Shown: positions 8,793 to 19,337, counted from the stretch's first letter. The stretch is DNA of 48,425 nt from an uncultured Clostridia bacterium (GCA_905233855.1 CAJOGA010000007.1:1-48425), one strand, 5' to 3'. Made by a program: numbers and translations. The notes: generated by a model from the sequence alone, not told the origin.

Positions 8793-10593
8793 GTGCATCA
8801 CCCCCTGCCTTATAGAAATTGTCAAAGTCGCCCATTTGATGCTCAAACACATTTCTGTAATACGCTTCTTCAACAGGACGGTTTATCAGCTCGTCATGCG
8901 TACCGCTTTCTATTATCTGACCGTCGCTGACAACAAAAATTCTGTCTGCATGCTTAACCGACGATATACGGTGTGCAATAATGAAGGTTGTTTTATTAAC
9001 CAAAAATTCCTTCAATGTTTGGTGTATGGTATGCTCTGTTTCCATATCCACGCTTGATGTGGTATCGTCCAATATCAGTATGGACGGATTTTTCAAAAGT
9101 GCTCTTGCAAGGGCAATTCGCTGCTTCTGTCCGCCCGAAAGGCCTACACCGCGTTCACCGATAACGGTGTCGTAGCCGTCGGACAACCCTTGTATAAATT
9201 CTTCCGCATCGGCAACCTTTGCCACTCTTTTTACCTCTGCAAGCGATGCGTTAGGATTGCCGTACGCTATGTTACCCTCTACCGTATCGGAAAAGAGGAA
9301 TATATCCTGCATGGCGGTGGATATATTTTCACGCAGGGTATGTATGTCGATATTTTTAACGTCTATACCGTCTATCTTAACGCTTCCGTCAGACACATCG
9401 TAAAATCTGCATATAAGGTTCATTATAGTGGATTTTCCCGAACCTGTAGGTCCTACAAATGCAATAACCTCACCTGCATTGGCTTTAAAGCTGATGTCGG
9501 AAAGCACGCTTTCGTCGCCGTATTTGAAGGAAACGTTCTCAAACTCAACGTCGCCTTTAAATCTGTCAACCGAAACCGGGTTTTCATTATTCACTATTTT
9601 GGATTCGGAACTCATAAATTCCGATATACGCTGTACACTTACCGAAAAACGCTGATATTCGTTTATCAGCCATCCTGTCATTCTCAAAGGTCCGCTCACC
9701 GATGCCAGAATACCGTTAAATGCTATAATGTCGCCCACGCTTATCTGATTGTGTATAACAAGCACGCCGCCTAAAGCAAGCAAAATAACGCTCATAAATG
9801 AAGTTGTGAAGTCCAGCGGCGGCAAAAACCTTGCCCAAATGTTTACCGATTCTATGTTTGCCTGAAGGTGTGCATCATTTGCGGCATTGAACTTTTCTAT
9901 TTCATAATCTTCCTGTGCAAACGCCTTAACAACCCTGTTGCCGCCTATGTTTTCCTGTGCGGCGGTGTTCATTGCCGAAAACTTTTCACGTATTTTAAGA
10001 TGTCGCGGACGTATCGTTTTTGAAAGACGCACGGCAATTATCGCAACAACAGGCAGAACCACAAGACTCACAAGCGTCAGAATCGGACTGGTAAATACCA
10101 TTACGACTATAGCTCCCAAAAACAACACCACATTTTCGATTATGGCAAACATAGTGGCGCCGGAAAAATGTCGTACCATATCGGTGTCGGCTGTCATTTT
10201 GGTCATTATATCCCCCACACGGTTTTTATCAAAATATTCAAAATCCAAACCGCTGAGATGATCGTACATATCCTCACGCAATGACATCAGACAATCCTGA
10301 GATGTTTTTTCTTTACAATAATTATATATGTATATCAATACTCCGCGTATAACAGTTATGGCAACAACTCCCGCCACAAGCTGCCAAAGCTTTGTTATAA
10401 GCTGCGGGTCTGTCGGCGTATGTCCGGTTATGTTTTCCCAAACAGGCTTTGCAACTCTGTCAACAATAGATCCCAACAGCCTCGGCCGTATAAGGATTAA
10501 TGCACTGGTAACAAATCCCAGACAATAAGTTATAATAATTTTCACTTTTCTGTGCTTAATGTACTTCCAAAGAAATTTCAAAGGATGATCCAT
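8779..10593 (-). CDS. ABC exporter, fused permease/ATPase subunit (partner of the downstream gene)
   Basis: Walker A GPTGSGKST, signature LSGGQKQR, Walker B ILILDDTTS. The start is set at ATG 10593 (MDHPLKF), with GGAG 6 nt upstream. Confidence 0.9.
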   Translation of the reverse strand: MDHPLKFLWKYIKHRKVKIIITYCLGFVTSALILIRPRLLGSIVDRVAKPVWENITGHTPTDPQLITKLWQLVAGVVAITVIRGVLIYIYNYCKEKTSQDCLMSLREDMYDHLSGLDFEYFDKNRVGDIMTKMTADTDMVRHFSGATMFAIIENVVLFLGAIVVMVFTSPILTLVSLVVLPVVAIIAVRLSKTIRPRHLKIREKFSAMNTAAQENIGGNRVVKAFAQEDYEIEKFNAANDAHLQANIESVNIWARFLPPLDFTTSFMSVILLALGGVLVIHNQISVGDIIAFNGILASVSGPLRMTGWLINEYQRFSVSVQRISEFMSSESKIVNNENPVSVDRFKGDVEFENVSFKYGDESVLSDISFKANAGEVIAFVGPTGSGKSTIMNLICRFYDVSDGSVKIDGIDVKNIDIHTLRENISTAMQDIFLFSDTVEGNIAYGNPNASLAEVKRVAKVADAEEFIQGLSDGYDTVIGERGVGLSGGQKQRIALARALLKNPSILILDDTTSSVDMETEHTIHQTLKEFLVNKTTFIIAHRISSVKHADRIFVVSDGQIIESGTHDELINRPVEEAYYRNVFEHQMGDFDNFYKAGGDAHGKK

Positions 10594-10959
10594 GACAATC
10601 TCCGTTCCGCCGACCTGCATCGGCAAAATTTAAAAATATATTTTTAGCGCAGGAAAAGTTATGATGAGAAAAATGGTTTTTTTGCATAAATCACATAAAA
10701 ATTTACACAAAAACCGCTTTGTTTTTTGCCGCTGTTTTCCCGTCTGTTTTCATAACAGCTTTATTATACACAAGAGTTTTTATTTTGCAAGCATTATAAC
10801 CAAATTTTTTTGAATTTTTTAATACAAAATCTCAATAAAATACAGATAAAAAATTTACATAAAACTATTCCTTTTATTATTGTTTTGTGTTACAATAGAA
10901 AATAATGTATATATAAAGAAGGGAGACGCTTGCAAAAATAACGCAAGCTTAACGTTGAT

Positions 10960-11847
10960 ATGTTAAAAAGCATGACCGGATACGGCAACTGCGAAAAACT
11001 GATAAACGGGAAAAAAATAACCGTTGAAATAAAAGCTGTTAATCACAGATTTTGCGACTATTCCATAAAACTGCCAAGATACTGTAATTTTATGGAGGAC
11101 AGAATACGACAAACTCTCACTGGCAAGATATCACGCGGAAAGATTGATATATATGTGTCGATCGAAAACCTCGATACCGCCGATAAACGCATAACGGTGG
11201 ATCTGCCTTTGGCAAAGCAGTACATAGACGCACTGAAAGAGCTGAACACTCAGTTCGGTATTACCGATGACATAACTGTGTCAGGCGTGGCACAGTTCAC
11301 CGACATCTTCAAAACCGAGCGTTGCGAAGAGGAAAACGAGGCGTTATGGCTTGCAGTTAAAGACGTGCTTGACACGGCATCGGATGAATTTGTGTCCATG
11401 CGTAGCCGCGAGGGTGAGCGTATAGAAGCCGACCTTAAAGCACGTATAGAGTATATGAAATCTCTTACAAAAGATATAGACACACGTTGGTACGACTGTG
11501 TGGAAGAATACAGAACAAGGCTGTATAACAAAATAAAGGAAAGTCTGGAAAGCCTGCCCACAGCAAGCGTCGATGAGGCAAGAGTGGTTACTGAAGTTGC
11601 CATATTTGCCGACCGCATAGCCGTAGACGAAGAACTGGTACGCTTAACAAGTCATTTTGACGAGTTTTACAATATCGTAAATGCAAAAGAGCCTGCCGGC
11701 AGAAAGTTAGACTTTTTGATACAGGAAATCAACCGTGAAATAAACACCATAGGTTCAAAGGCAAACGATGCATCTGTGGCAAAGAAGGTTGTTGAATTTA
11801 AAGCGGAATTGGAAAAGCTCAGAGAACAGGTGCAAAATATTGAATAA
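10960..11847 (+). CDS. yicC: YicC/YloC family stress-induced protein (endoribonuclease YicC family)
   Basis: Has the characteristic N-terminus MLKSMTGYG and C-terminus GRKLDFLIQEINREINTIGSKA. Confidence 0.9.
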   Translation: MLKSMTGYGNCEKLINGKKITVEIKAVNHRFCDYSIKLPRYCNFMEDRIRQTLTGKISRGKIDIYVSIENLDTADKRITVDLPLAKQYIDALKELNTQFGITDDITVSGVAQFTDIFKTERCEEENEALWLAVKDVLDTASDEFVSMRSREGERIEADLKARIEYMKSLTKDIDTRWYDCVEEYRTRLYNKIKESLESLPTASVDEARVVTEVAIFADRIAVDEELVRLTSHFDEFYNIVNAKEPAGRKLDFLIQEINREINTIGSKANDASVAKKVVEFKAELEKLREQVQNIE

Positions 11848-11868
11848 ACTACGAGAGGAGAAGATGCA

Positions 11869-12138
11869 ATGCGTCTTATAAATATAGGCTTTGGCAATAT
11901 GGTTGCGGCAAACAGGGTGATTGCAGTGGTAAGTCCGGAATCCGCTCCGATAAAAAGAATAATCCAGGAAATGAGAGACAAAAGTGCATTGGTAGACGCC
12001 ACCTGCGGCAGAAGAACCCGTGCCGTTATAATAACCGACAGCGACCACGTTGTGCTGTCGGCAATACAGCCTGAAACAATATCACACAGGCTGGAAACAA
12101 AGGACGCCCCTGCCGAGGAGGAATTTGACGATGAATAA
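11869..12138 (+). CDS. remA: RemA/DUF370 family regulator
   Basis: 89 aa, [60 protein letters not shown]. It sits at the conserved position upstream of gmk. Confidence 0.9.
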   Translation: MRLINIGFGNMVAANRVIAVVSPESAPIKRIIQEMRDKSALVDATCGRRTRAVIITDSDHVVLSAIQPETISHRLETKDAPAEEEFDDE

Positions 12139-12745
12139 AAAACAGGGTATAATAGTTGTTGTGTCCGGACCTTCCGGCGCAGGCAAAGGCACTGTTTGCA
12201 AATGCCTGACAGACAAAAATCCCGGCATATTCCTGTCTGTTTCCGCCACAAGCAGGCAGCAGGCAGAAGGCGAGATTGACGGGCAAACATACTATTATCT
12301 TACCGAAGAGGATTTTAAAGCAAGAATCAAAAACAACGAATTTCTTGAATGGGCAACCTATAACGGCAATTATTACGGAACTCTGAAAGAAAAGGTTGAA
12401 AATCAAACCGCTCAGGGCAACGATGTTATTCTGGAGATAGACGTTCAGGGTGCAATGCAGATAAAAAAAACATATCCGCATGCCGTGCTGGTGTTTATCC
12501 TTCCGCCTTCGTGGCAGGAGCTTGAGAAACGTCTTATAGACAGAAACCGCGAAGATATGGAGCAGATACAAAAGCGGCTTGAAACCGCAAGGAAGGAAAT
12601 TCCCTTCGCCGACAAATACAACTACATAATCGTTAACGACGATCTGGAAACGGCAACAAAGGAATTGGAATCCGTTATAACAGCGGAAAAGGTTAAAGCA
12701 CAAAGCTGTAAAAACATTGTGGAACAATTTAAAAACAATATATAA
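12131..12745 (+). CDS. gmk: Guanylate kinase
   Basis: Has the P-loop [17 protein letters not shown], and [15 protein letters not shown]. The start at ATG 12131 overlaps the remA end by 8 nt. The track ORF start at 12050 lies inside remA. Confidence 0.95.
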   Translation: MNKKQGIIVVVSGPSGAGKGTVCKCLTDKNPGIFLSVSATSRQQAEGEIDGQTYYYLTEEDFKARIKNNEFLEWATYNGNYYGTLKEKVENQTAQGNDVILEIDVQGAMQIKKTYPHAVLVFILPPSWQELEKRLIDRNREDMEQIQKRLETARKEIPFADKYNYIIVNDDLETATKELESVITAEKVKAQSCKNIVEQFKNNI

Positions 12746-12774
12746 AAATATTTTTTGAAAGGAATATAAAAATC

Positions 12775-13089
12775 ATGATTATGCAACCTAACATAGGACA
12801 ATTACTCAAAAAGGCAGACAGCCGATACACTCTTGTTATTATGGCGGCAAAACGCGCCCGTGAAATAGGCGACAGCGGAGAATGTCTTGTGCCTTGTGAA
12901 TCCAACAAGCCTATCGGCATGGCTGTACACGAAATAAATGCAGGTCTGGTACACTTCGACAGAGGAACATCGCTCAAACAGCAGCAACAGGAAGCCATTG
13001 ACAAAATCGAGCTCGTTGCCGATGCCGCAACATGGGCAGACAGCGAATCAAACGAAGTTTCTGAAAACAACGATACAGAAACGGCATAA
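12775..13089 (+). CDS. rpoZ: DNA-directed RNA polymerase subunit omega
   Basis: Shows SRYTLVIMAAKRAREI and gmk-rpoZ synteny. Confidence 0.9.
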   Translation: MIMQPNIGQLLKKADSRYTLVIMAAKRAREIGDSGECLVPCESNKPIGMAVHEINAGLVHFDRGTSLKQQQQEAIDKIELVADAATWADSESNEVSENNDTETA

Positions 13090-13127
13090 TTGATGTTTTT
13101 ATAATCAATACACGGGAGGTGCGTTAA

Positions 13128-14330
13128 ATGTTAAAGGGTAAAACGGTTGTAATGGGTGTAACAGGCGGAATAGCGTGTTATAAGGCCGCAAATATAGTGA
13201 GCATGTTAAAAAAGCTCGGTGCAAACGTGCATGTTTTAATGACAAAATCGGCGACGCAATTTGTATCGCCTCTTACCTTTCAGACTCTGTCAAAAAACAG
13301 GGTTGTAACCGATATGTTTGACGCCCCCAACCATTGGGAAGTGGAGCATATAAGTCTTGCGGAAAGTGCCGACATTTTCCTTATAGCACCTGCCACGGCA
13401 AATATCATAGGTAAAATTGCAAACGGCATAGCCGACGATATGCTGTCAACAACGGTTATGGCGACAAAAGCCAAGGTTGTTATCGCTCCGGCGATGAACA
13501 GCAACATGTATGAAAATCCTATAGTTCAGAAAAACATAGAATATTTGAAAAGCCTGGGATATATATTTGCAGATCCCGAGTCAGGCATACTTGCATGCGG
13601 CACTTGCGGCAACGGCAGACTGGCAAATGAAGAAACCATTGTCGAGACCGTTGTGTCGCAAATCGCATTTACCAAAGACTTTGCCGGCAAAAACGTGCTT
13701 GTTACCGCAGGTGCAACGCAGGAAGCGTTAGATCCGGTGCGTTATATAACCAATCACTCCACAGGCAAGATGGGATATGCCATAGCAAAAGCGGCATACC
13801 GCCGCGGTGCCAATGTTAAGTTGGTGTCCGCCCCGTCGGCATTACATGCCCCGTCAGGCATAGAAGTGATAAACGTAACATCCGCAATTCAGATGTGCGA
13901 CGCCGTTATGCAAAATTCGCAATGGGCAGACGTGATTATAAAATCGGCAGCTGTAGGTGATTACAGGCCAAAACAGCAGCAGGAACAAAAAATAAAAAAA
14001 GATTCCGACATGACGTTGGAGCTTGTTAAAAATCCCGATATTTTACAGCAATTGGGTATGAATAAACGTCCCGACCAGGTGCTTATAGGGTTCTGTATGG
14101 AAACTCAGAATTTGCTCGATAACGCCACCGAAAAGCTTAAAAAGAAAAATTGCGACATAATGATCGCCAACAACCTGTTTGACAAAGGTGCAGGCTTTGC
14201 ACACGACACCAACACCGTAACCGTTTTAAAGCCGGACGAACAGCCACGCAGTCTGCCGAATATGTCAAAAGACGATCTGGCACACATTATACTGGACGAA
14301 TGTGCGGCTGAATTCAAAAAAAGAGCATAG
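13128..14330 (+). CDS. coaBC: Bifunctional phosphopantothenoylcysteine decarboxylase / phosphopantothenate-cysteine ligase
   Basis: The N-terminal flavoprotein domain has VTGGIACYKA and PAMN. The C-terminal CoaB domain has NHSTGKMG. Length is 400 aa. Confidence 0.95.
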   Translation: MLKGKTVVMGVTGGIACYKAANIVSMLKKLGANVHVLMTKSATQFVSPLTFQTLSKNRVVTDMFDAPNHWEVEHISLAESADIFLIAPATANIIGKIANGIADDMLSTTVMATKAKVVIAPAMNSNMYENPIVQKNIEYLKSLGYIFADPESGILACGTCGNGRLANEETIVETVVSQIAFTKDFAGKNVLVTAGATQEALDPVRYITNHSTGKMGYAIAKAAYRRGANVKLVSAPSALHAPSGIEVINVTSAIQMCDAVMQNSQWADVIIKSAAVGDYRPKQQQEQKIKKDSDMTLELVKNPDILQQLGMNKRPDQVLIGFCMETQNLLDNATEKLKKKNCDIMIANNLFDKGAGFAHDTNTVTVLKPDEQPRSLPNMSKDDLAHIILDECAAEFKKRA

Positions 14331-14339
14331 TGATTTACC

Positions 14340-16796
14340 ATGATTGCTAAAGTTATAATAAACCACGACTCCAAAAACGTAGATAAAGAATACGATTATT
14401 ATGTCAGCGATGATATGGCACAGCAGCTGAAGCCCGGCATGCGTGTGCGTGTGCCGTTCGGCAAAGCGGATAACGTACACGAAGCATACGTTATGTCGCT
14501 GAGTGAAAGTTCAAGGATAAAGTCGCTCAAAAGCATTGCACAAATAACCGATACTTCCGTTTTGCTGTCAGCAGATATGCTTGAGCTTGCAAAATGGATG
14601 AAAATAAAATATATCGCGTCATACATCAGCGTTTTAAAAACCATTCTGCCCACAGGAACCGACGTAAAATACCGTAAAATACTGTCGGTAAACAAATATG
14701 ACGAAGAAGCTCAAAAAACCGTAAACCGTTCCCCAATAAAGAGCGAAATAGTAGACATCATCAAAGAAAGCGGCAACAAAATAGAGCTTAACCGCCTTAT
14801 GCAGAAGTTTAACACAAACATATCATCACAGATAAAATCCATGCTCGACGACGGTATTTTATCTCAAGAGATATGCGATGTAAAAAGCGTAAATGACAAA
14901 TATGTCTGCATGGCACAGCTTTGTGTGTCTCACGAACAGGCAATGGAAGCATTGACAACTCTCAATAAAAACGCAAAGATACAATCCCGTGTTTTAAAAC
15001 TTCTGATAGACAACCACAGTATGTGTCTTGCCGATTTGGTAGATGAGGCAAACGCATCATATACCGCCGTCCACGCCCTGAAAGAGAAGGGATTTATAGA
15101 ACTAAAGGAAACTCAGGTTTACAGATATACAAACGCCGAACCGGTAAATGCACAAAATTTTGACCTGACGCATGAGCAGACTTATGCCGTGCGTTGTCTG
15201 AAAAACGGTTTGGAATCGGGCAAAGCCGAAAAATACCTGCTTCACGGTGTAACGGGCAGCGGAAAAACGCAGGTGTTTATAGAAGCAGCACGTCATGCTG
15301 TTTCTATGGGCAGAAAAGTTATCGTTATGGTGCCGGAAATATCCATAACGTCGCAAATAGTGAAACGGTTCAGGCAACAATTCGGTAACCGCATAGCTGT
15401 GTATCACAGCGGGTTGTCGCTTGGCGAAAGGTATGACGAATGGAAAAAGGCGAAAAACAACGAGGTGGATATCGTTATAGGCACACGCTCTGCTGTTTTT
15501 GCACCGTTTGACAATATCGGCATGATAATTTTAGACGAGGAACACGAACAAACCTATAAATCGGAAACCATGCCGCGATATCACGCACGTGAAGTAGCCG
15601 AAAAACGCTGCGAACAAAACGGCTCCGTTTTGCTTCTGGCATCGGCAACGCCGTCGGTCGATTCTTATTACAAAGCACAAACCGGCGAGTATAAGCTGTT
15701 GGAAATGACTCAACGCTACAACAACATGCCGCTTCCCGAAATAGAAATTGTCGATATGCGTAAGGAGCTGGAAAACGGCAACAGAAGTATTTTCAGCAAA
15801 CGGTTGTATGACGAAATAAAATATAATTTAGAACACAAGGAACAAACAATTTTGTTTTTAAATAAACGCGGTTTTTCAAGCTTTGTATCCTGCAGAAGCT
15901 GTGGATTCATTGCAAAATGCCCCAACTGCGACATAACCTTAACCTACCATAAAACGCATGACAGCTTAATGTGTCATTACTGCGGACACACGGTTGACAA
16001 CTACAAAACCTGCCCGTCATGCGGCAGTCCGTACATACGCTATTACGGCGGCGGAACACAAAAGGTTGAGGAAGAAATACACAGGCTGTTCCCGTCGGCT
16101 ACGTGTATCCGCATGGATGTTGACACGACAAGCAAAAAATCGGCACACGAACAGCTGATACACACCTTTGAAACCGAAAATACCGACGTACTGATAGGCA
16201 CACAAATGATAACCAAAGGTCTGGATTTTTCAAATGTTACGCTGGTTGGTGCAGTGCTTGCCGACACGTCGCTGTATATAGACGATTTCAGAAGCTGCGA
16301 GCGGACATTTGCGTTGCTTGAGCAGGTGTCCGGCAGAGCAGGCAGAGCAGGCAAAAAAGGCAGAGCTGTAATACAAACATATCAGCCGGAATCCGACGCT
16401 ATCCAAAGCGTTAAACAGCATGACTATCACAAACTGTACGAAACCGAGATAGCAATGCGTGAGGCGTTGTGGTATCCTCCGTTTTCCGACATTGTGTTTA
16501 TGCAGATAACCGGCACAAATCTCATGCTTGTGAGCAAAAGTGCAAATCATTTGGCAAAGATGTTGAATGCCGCACTTTTCGACATCTTAAAAGGCCGTAA
16601 AATACATATATTGGGCCCGGTTGCATCGCACATAAGCAAAACGAACAACCGCTACCGTTATAACATAATATTAAAATGCGTCAATGCGGACGATATAACA
16701 GATTTTTTGTCCGACATGCAAATAAAATGGTATGCTGACGCAAGCAATAAAAATCTTACTTTGTCTATAGACAAAAACCCAAACTCAATGTACTGA
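14340..16796 (+). CDS. priA: Primosomal replication restart helicase PriA
   Basis: Walker A GVTGSGKT, DEEH box, and a Cys-rich zinc-binding insert (CRSCG..CPNCD..CHYCG..CPSCG). Length is 818 aa. Confidence 0.95.
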   Translation: MIAKVIINHDSKNVDKEYDYYVSDDMAQQLKPGMRVRVPFGKADNVHEAYVMSLSESSRIKSLKSIAQITDTSVLLSADMLELAKWMKIKYIASYISVLKTILPTGTDVKYRKILSVNKYDEEAQKTVNRSPIKSEIVDIIKESGNKIELNRLMQKFNTNISSQIKSMLDDGILSQEICDVKSVNDKYVCMAQLCVSHEQAMEALTTLNKNAKIQSRVLKLLIDNHSMCLADLVDEANASYTAVHALKEKGFIELKETQVYRYTNAEPVNAQNFDLTHEQTYAVRCLKNGLESGKAEKYLLHGVTGSGKTQVFIEAARHAVSMGRKVIVMVPEISITSQIVKRFRQQFGNRIAVYHSGLSLGERYDEWKKAKNNEVDIVIGTRSAVFAPFDNIGMIILDEEHEQTYKSETMPRYHAREVAEKRCEQNGSVLLLASATPSVDSYYKAQTGEYKLLEMTQRYNNMPLPEIEIVDMRKELENGNRSIFSKRLYDEIKYNLEHKEQTILFLNKRGFSSFVSCRSCGFIAKCPNCDITLTYHKTHDSLMCHYCGHTVDNYKTCPSCGSPYIRYYGGGTQKVEEEIHRLFPSATCIRMDVDTTSKKSAHEQLIHTFETENTDVLIGTQMITKGLDFSNVTLVGAVLADTSLYIDDFRSCERTFALLEQVSGRAGRAGKKGRAVIQTYQPESDAIQSVKQHDYHKLYETEIAMREALWYPPFSDIVFMQITGTNLMLVSKSANHLAKMLNAALFDILKGRKIHILGPVASHISKTNNRYRYNIILKCVNADDITDFLSDMQIKWYADASNKNLTLSIDKNPNSMY

Positions 16797-16817
16797 TAAT
16801 GAAAGGAAGCTATAACT

Positions 16818-17270
16818 ATGGCACTGAGAATAATCAGAAAAACCGGTGATGAAGCTTTGAAAGTGGTATGCAAAGAAGTTACCTCCTTCAACGCTCACCT
16901 TCATCAACTGCTGGACGACATGAAAGACACTATGATAGATGCAGACGGCGTCGGACTTGCCGCTCCTCAGGTAGGCGTTATTAAAAGAGCAATCGTTTTT
17001 TTGAACGGCGAAGAAATTATGGAAATGATAAATCCGGTTATCACATCGCAGAGCGGCAGCTGTATTGACAACGAAGGCTGTCTCAGCGTGCCGAATGTAA
17101 GCGGAAAGGTTGACCGTCCCACACAAATCACCGTTGACTATCAAACACGGTACGGTGAAAAGAAAACAATGGTTGTAAACGGATTCACCGCCCGTATCAT
17201 ATGTCACGAAACCGATCACTTAAACGGTGTTTTATTTATAGAAAAAGCATTTGACATAGAACACAGATAA
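16818..17270 (+). CDS. def: Peptide deformylase
   Basis: Has the GVGLAAPQ, EGCLS and HETDHL motifs. Confidence 0.95.
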   Translation: MALRIIRKTGDEALKVVCKEVTSFNAHLHQLLDDMKDTMIDADGVGLAAPQVGVIKRAIVFLNGEEIMEMINPVITSQSGSCIDNEGCLSVPNVSGKVDRPTQITVDYQTRYGEKKTMVVNGFTARIICHETDHLNGVLFIEKAFDIEHR

Positions 17271-17290
17271 TAATTTCGGAGGACACAGTT

Positions 17291-18229
17291 TTGAAAATAC
17301 TATTTATGGGCACACCTGAATTTGCCAAAAACCATCTTCAGGCGTTAGTCGAAAACGGATACGACGTTGTCGCTGTTGTGAGTCAGTGCGACAAACCGAA
17401 AGGCAGAGGACACAAGCTCACGCCTACGGTAGTTAAAGAATATGCACTGTCGCAAGGCATACCGGTGTATCAACCGCAAACGTTAAAGGATCATGCCTTT
17501 GAAAACGAACTGAAGCAAATAAATCCCGACATTATTGTCGTTGTTGCATACGGCAGGGTGTTGCCGGAATATATATTAAATTATCCGAAATACGGATGCA
17601 TAAACGTGCATGCGTCGCTATTGCCGTATTACAGGGGTGCCGCCCCTATCCAATGGTGCATCATAAACGGCGAAAAGAAGTCGGGCGTTACAACAATGTA
17701 TATGGAAAAAGGTCTGGACACCGGCGACATGCTGGTGCAGGAAGAACTGGAAATAGGCGATGACGAAACCGCATCGCAGCTGCACGACAGGTTGTGTGTT
17801 TTGGGTGAAAGCGTTTTATGCAAAACTCTCGAGCAGATAAAAAGCGGAACGCTTGTCCGCACTGTACAGGAACACGAAAAACACACCTATGCACCTATGA
17901 TAACAAAAGAAACCGCAAAAATAGATTTTGACAAACCCGTTGTTCAGATAAAAAATCTTGTAAGGGGCATGAATAGTTTTCCTCTTGCATATACAAGCTA
18001 TAAAGGCGAGCTCATGAAGGTTATAAGCGTAGACGCCGTTGTAACAGCTCCTTCAGAAGCGTGTGAAAACGGAACTGTAATAAAAGCAGAGGGCGATGCT
18101 ATAGCGGTCAAATGCTCTGACGGTTATATAAACATACGTGCTTTACAATTCACCGGCGGCAAACGCATGAGTACAAAAGATTATTTAAAGGGGCACGTTA
18201 TAGAAACAGGCGTTGTTTTAGGACAATAA
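17291..18229 (+). CDS. fmt: Methionyl-tRNA formyltransferase
   Basis: Shows NVHASLLPYYRGAAPIQW and def-fmt synteny. It uses a TTG start with GGAGG 8 nt upstream. Confidence 0.95.
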   Translation: MKILFMGTPEFAKNHLQALVENGYDVVAVVSQCDKPKGRGHKLTPTVVKEYALSQGIPVYQPQTLKDHAFENELKQINPDIIVVVAYGRVLPEYILNYPKYGCINVHASLLPYYRGAAPIQWCIINGEKKSGVTTMYMEKGLDTGDMLVQEELEIGDDETASQLHDRLCVLGESVLCKTLEQIKSGTLVRTVQEHEKHTYAPMITKETAKIDFDKPVVQIKNLVRGMNSFPLAYTSYKGELMKVISVDAVVTAPSEACENGTVIKAEGDAIAVKCSDGYINIRALQFTGGKRMSTKDYLKGHVIETGVVLGQ

Positions 18230-18255
18230 ATTTTTCATGAAGGGATGATATTAAT

Positions 18256-18939
18256 ATGCCTTTTTTTGATCCGACATATATTTTGGTTATTATTGGTGCA
18301 ATAATAGTATCTATAGCAAGTTCAAATGTTAATTCCACTTTCAAAAAATATGCTCAGGACTATTCGGTATTACACTTAACCGCTGCTGAAGCGGCAAGAA
18401 AAATTCTTGACTCAAACGGATTAAATCATATAAGAATCGAACGTGTTTCGGGTGAATTGACCGACCATTACGATCCAAGAGCCGATGTTATACGTCTGTC
18501 CGACTCGACATTTTCGTCAACATCTGTTGCGGCAATCGGAGTTGCGGCACACGAAGCGGGACATGCAATACAACATGCCAATAACTATATTCCGATAAAA
18601 ATGCGAAACGTGTTGATACCTGTGGCAAATATAGGTTCAACTCTAAGCTTTCCTCTGTTGCTGATAGGTATAATTTTCAGCTTTCCGTTTTTGGTAAATT
18701 TGGGAATATACCTGTTCGCCGGAGTTTTGTTGTTCCAAATCGTAACACTGCCTGTGGAGCTTAACGCAAGCAATCGTGCCATTGTAGCGATAGAAAACGG
18801 TGGGTTATTAAACGCCGAGGAAACAAAAAAAGCACGCAAGGTACTTAACGCCGCAGCCATGACATATGTCGCTGCCGTTGGTGCGACCGCGTTACAGCTG
18901 TTAAGGCTTTTGCTGCTTTCGAGAAACAGAAGAGATTAA
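18256..18939 (+). CDS. Membrane-associated zinc metallopeptidase (Zn_peptidase_2 / YugP-like)
   Basis: Has an N-terminal TM, the HEAGHAIQH zinc motif and C-terminal TM segments. Confidence 0.85.
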   Translation: MPFFDPTYILVIIGAIIVSIASSNVNSTFKKYAQDYSVLHLTAAEAARKILDSNGLNHIRIERVSGELTDHYDPRADVIRLSDSTFSSTSVAAIGVAAHEAGHAIQHANNYIPIKMRNVLIPVANIGSTLSFPLLLIGIIFSFPFLVNLGIYLFAGVLLFQIVTLPVELNASNRAIVAIENGGLLNAEETKKARKVLNAAAMTYVAAVGATALQLLRLLLLSRNRRD

Positions 18940-19092
18940 AGCACCATGAGCTTGCTCTGACTTTGGAATTTGCGGTTAATATAGATGTACTTTTTGTGCC
19001 GAAGGCACTACTTGCAAAAGACGAACTATCTATCATTTACACCTCATAATTTCAAATCAAAATCGCATTAGCGATTTTGCACCTTACTTCTT

Positions 19093-19144
19093 CACTATTC
19101 ACTATTACCTATTACTTTCCAAAAATAGTGAATAGGTAATAAGT
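19093..19144. repeat. Heptad repeat array: three direct YACTATT-type heptads facing three inverted AATAGKK-type heptads
   Basis: CACTATT CACTATT ACCTATT lie at 19093-19113. AATAGTG AATAGGT AATAAGT lie at 19124-19144. The two sets are separated by ACTTTCCAAA. Confidence 0.5.
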
Positions 19145-19181
19145 AAAAATCGACATCCTTCTATAGAAGAATGTCGATTTT
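19145..19181 (-). terminator. Intrinsic terminator directly after tRNA-Ser
   Basis: On the minus strand ATCGACAT..ATGTCGAT form a stem with an inner CTTC/GAAG extension and a tetraloop, followed by a U-tract. Confidence 0.8.
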
Positions 19182-19273
19182 TGGCGGAGAGTGAGAGATT
19201 CGAACTCTCGAACGGGTATTAGCCGTTACACGATTTCCAATCGTGCGCCTTAGGCCAGCTCAGCCAACTCTCC
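19182..19273 (-). tRNA. tRNA-Ser (anticodon GGA), CCA encoded
   Basis: The reverse complement folds by hand into a cloverleaf. Acceptor GGAGAGT/ACTCTCC; anticodon stem CACGA/TCGTG with loop TTGGAAA; long variable arm; T arm GAGAG-TTCGAAT-CTCTC; discriminator G plus CCA. Confidence 0.95.
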
Positions 19274-19307
19274 ACACTTTTTATTATCCGTTTTTCGGAC
19301 GTGAATT

Positions 19308-19337
19308 ATTATATCACCATATACACATAAATGTCAA
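19308..19337 (-). promoter_or_regulatory. Sigma-A-type promoter for tRNA-Ser
   Basis: On the minus strand: TTGACA (19337-19332), an 18-nt spacer, then TGaTATAAT, an extended -10 (19313-19308). It lies about 35 nt upstream of the mature tRNA 5' end. Confidence 0.55.

Noticed and set aside
10661-10813. 50-aa ORF (MMRKMVFLHKSHKNLHKNRFVFCRCFPVCF..) with AGGA 6 nt upstream, in the yicC/ABC divergent spacer
   Set aside because: It lies in AT-rich promoter DNA where such ORFs arise by chance. Its composition is biased toward Phe, Lys and His and nothing is recognisable in it. It remains only a remote possibility.
10921-10960. GGGAG about 35 nt upstream of the yicC ATG, with an intervening GCTTGC/GCAAGC hairpin that might bring the SD closer
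   Set aside because: The stem is only 6 bp and the effective spacing is still long. This is too speculative to call as a regulatory feature.
11667-12727. Two long minus-strand ORFs (207 and 233 aa) opposite yicC-remA-gmk
   Set aside because: Their composition is rich in Cys, Phe and Leu, and no motifs or RBS are present. They overlap three strongly supported, syntenic plus-strand genes.
18845-19036. 63-aa minus-strand ORF between the Zn peptidase gene and tRNA-Ser
   Set aside because: It overlaps the 3' end of the peptidase CDS in antisense. The AGGTG lies only 3 nt from the ATG, and the product is Ser-rich and low-complexity.
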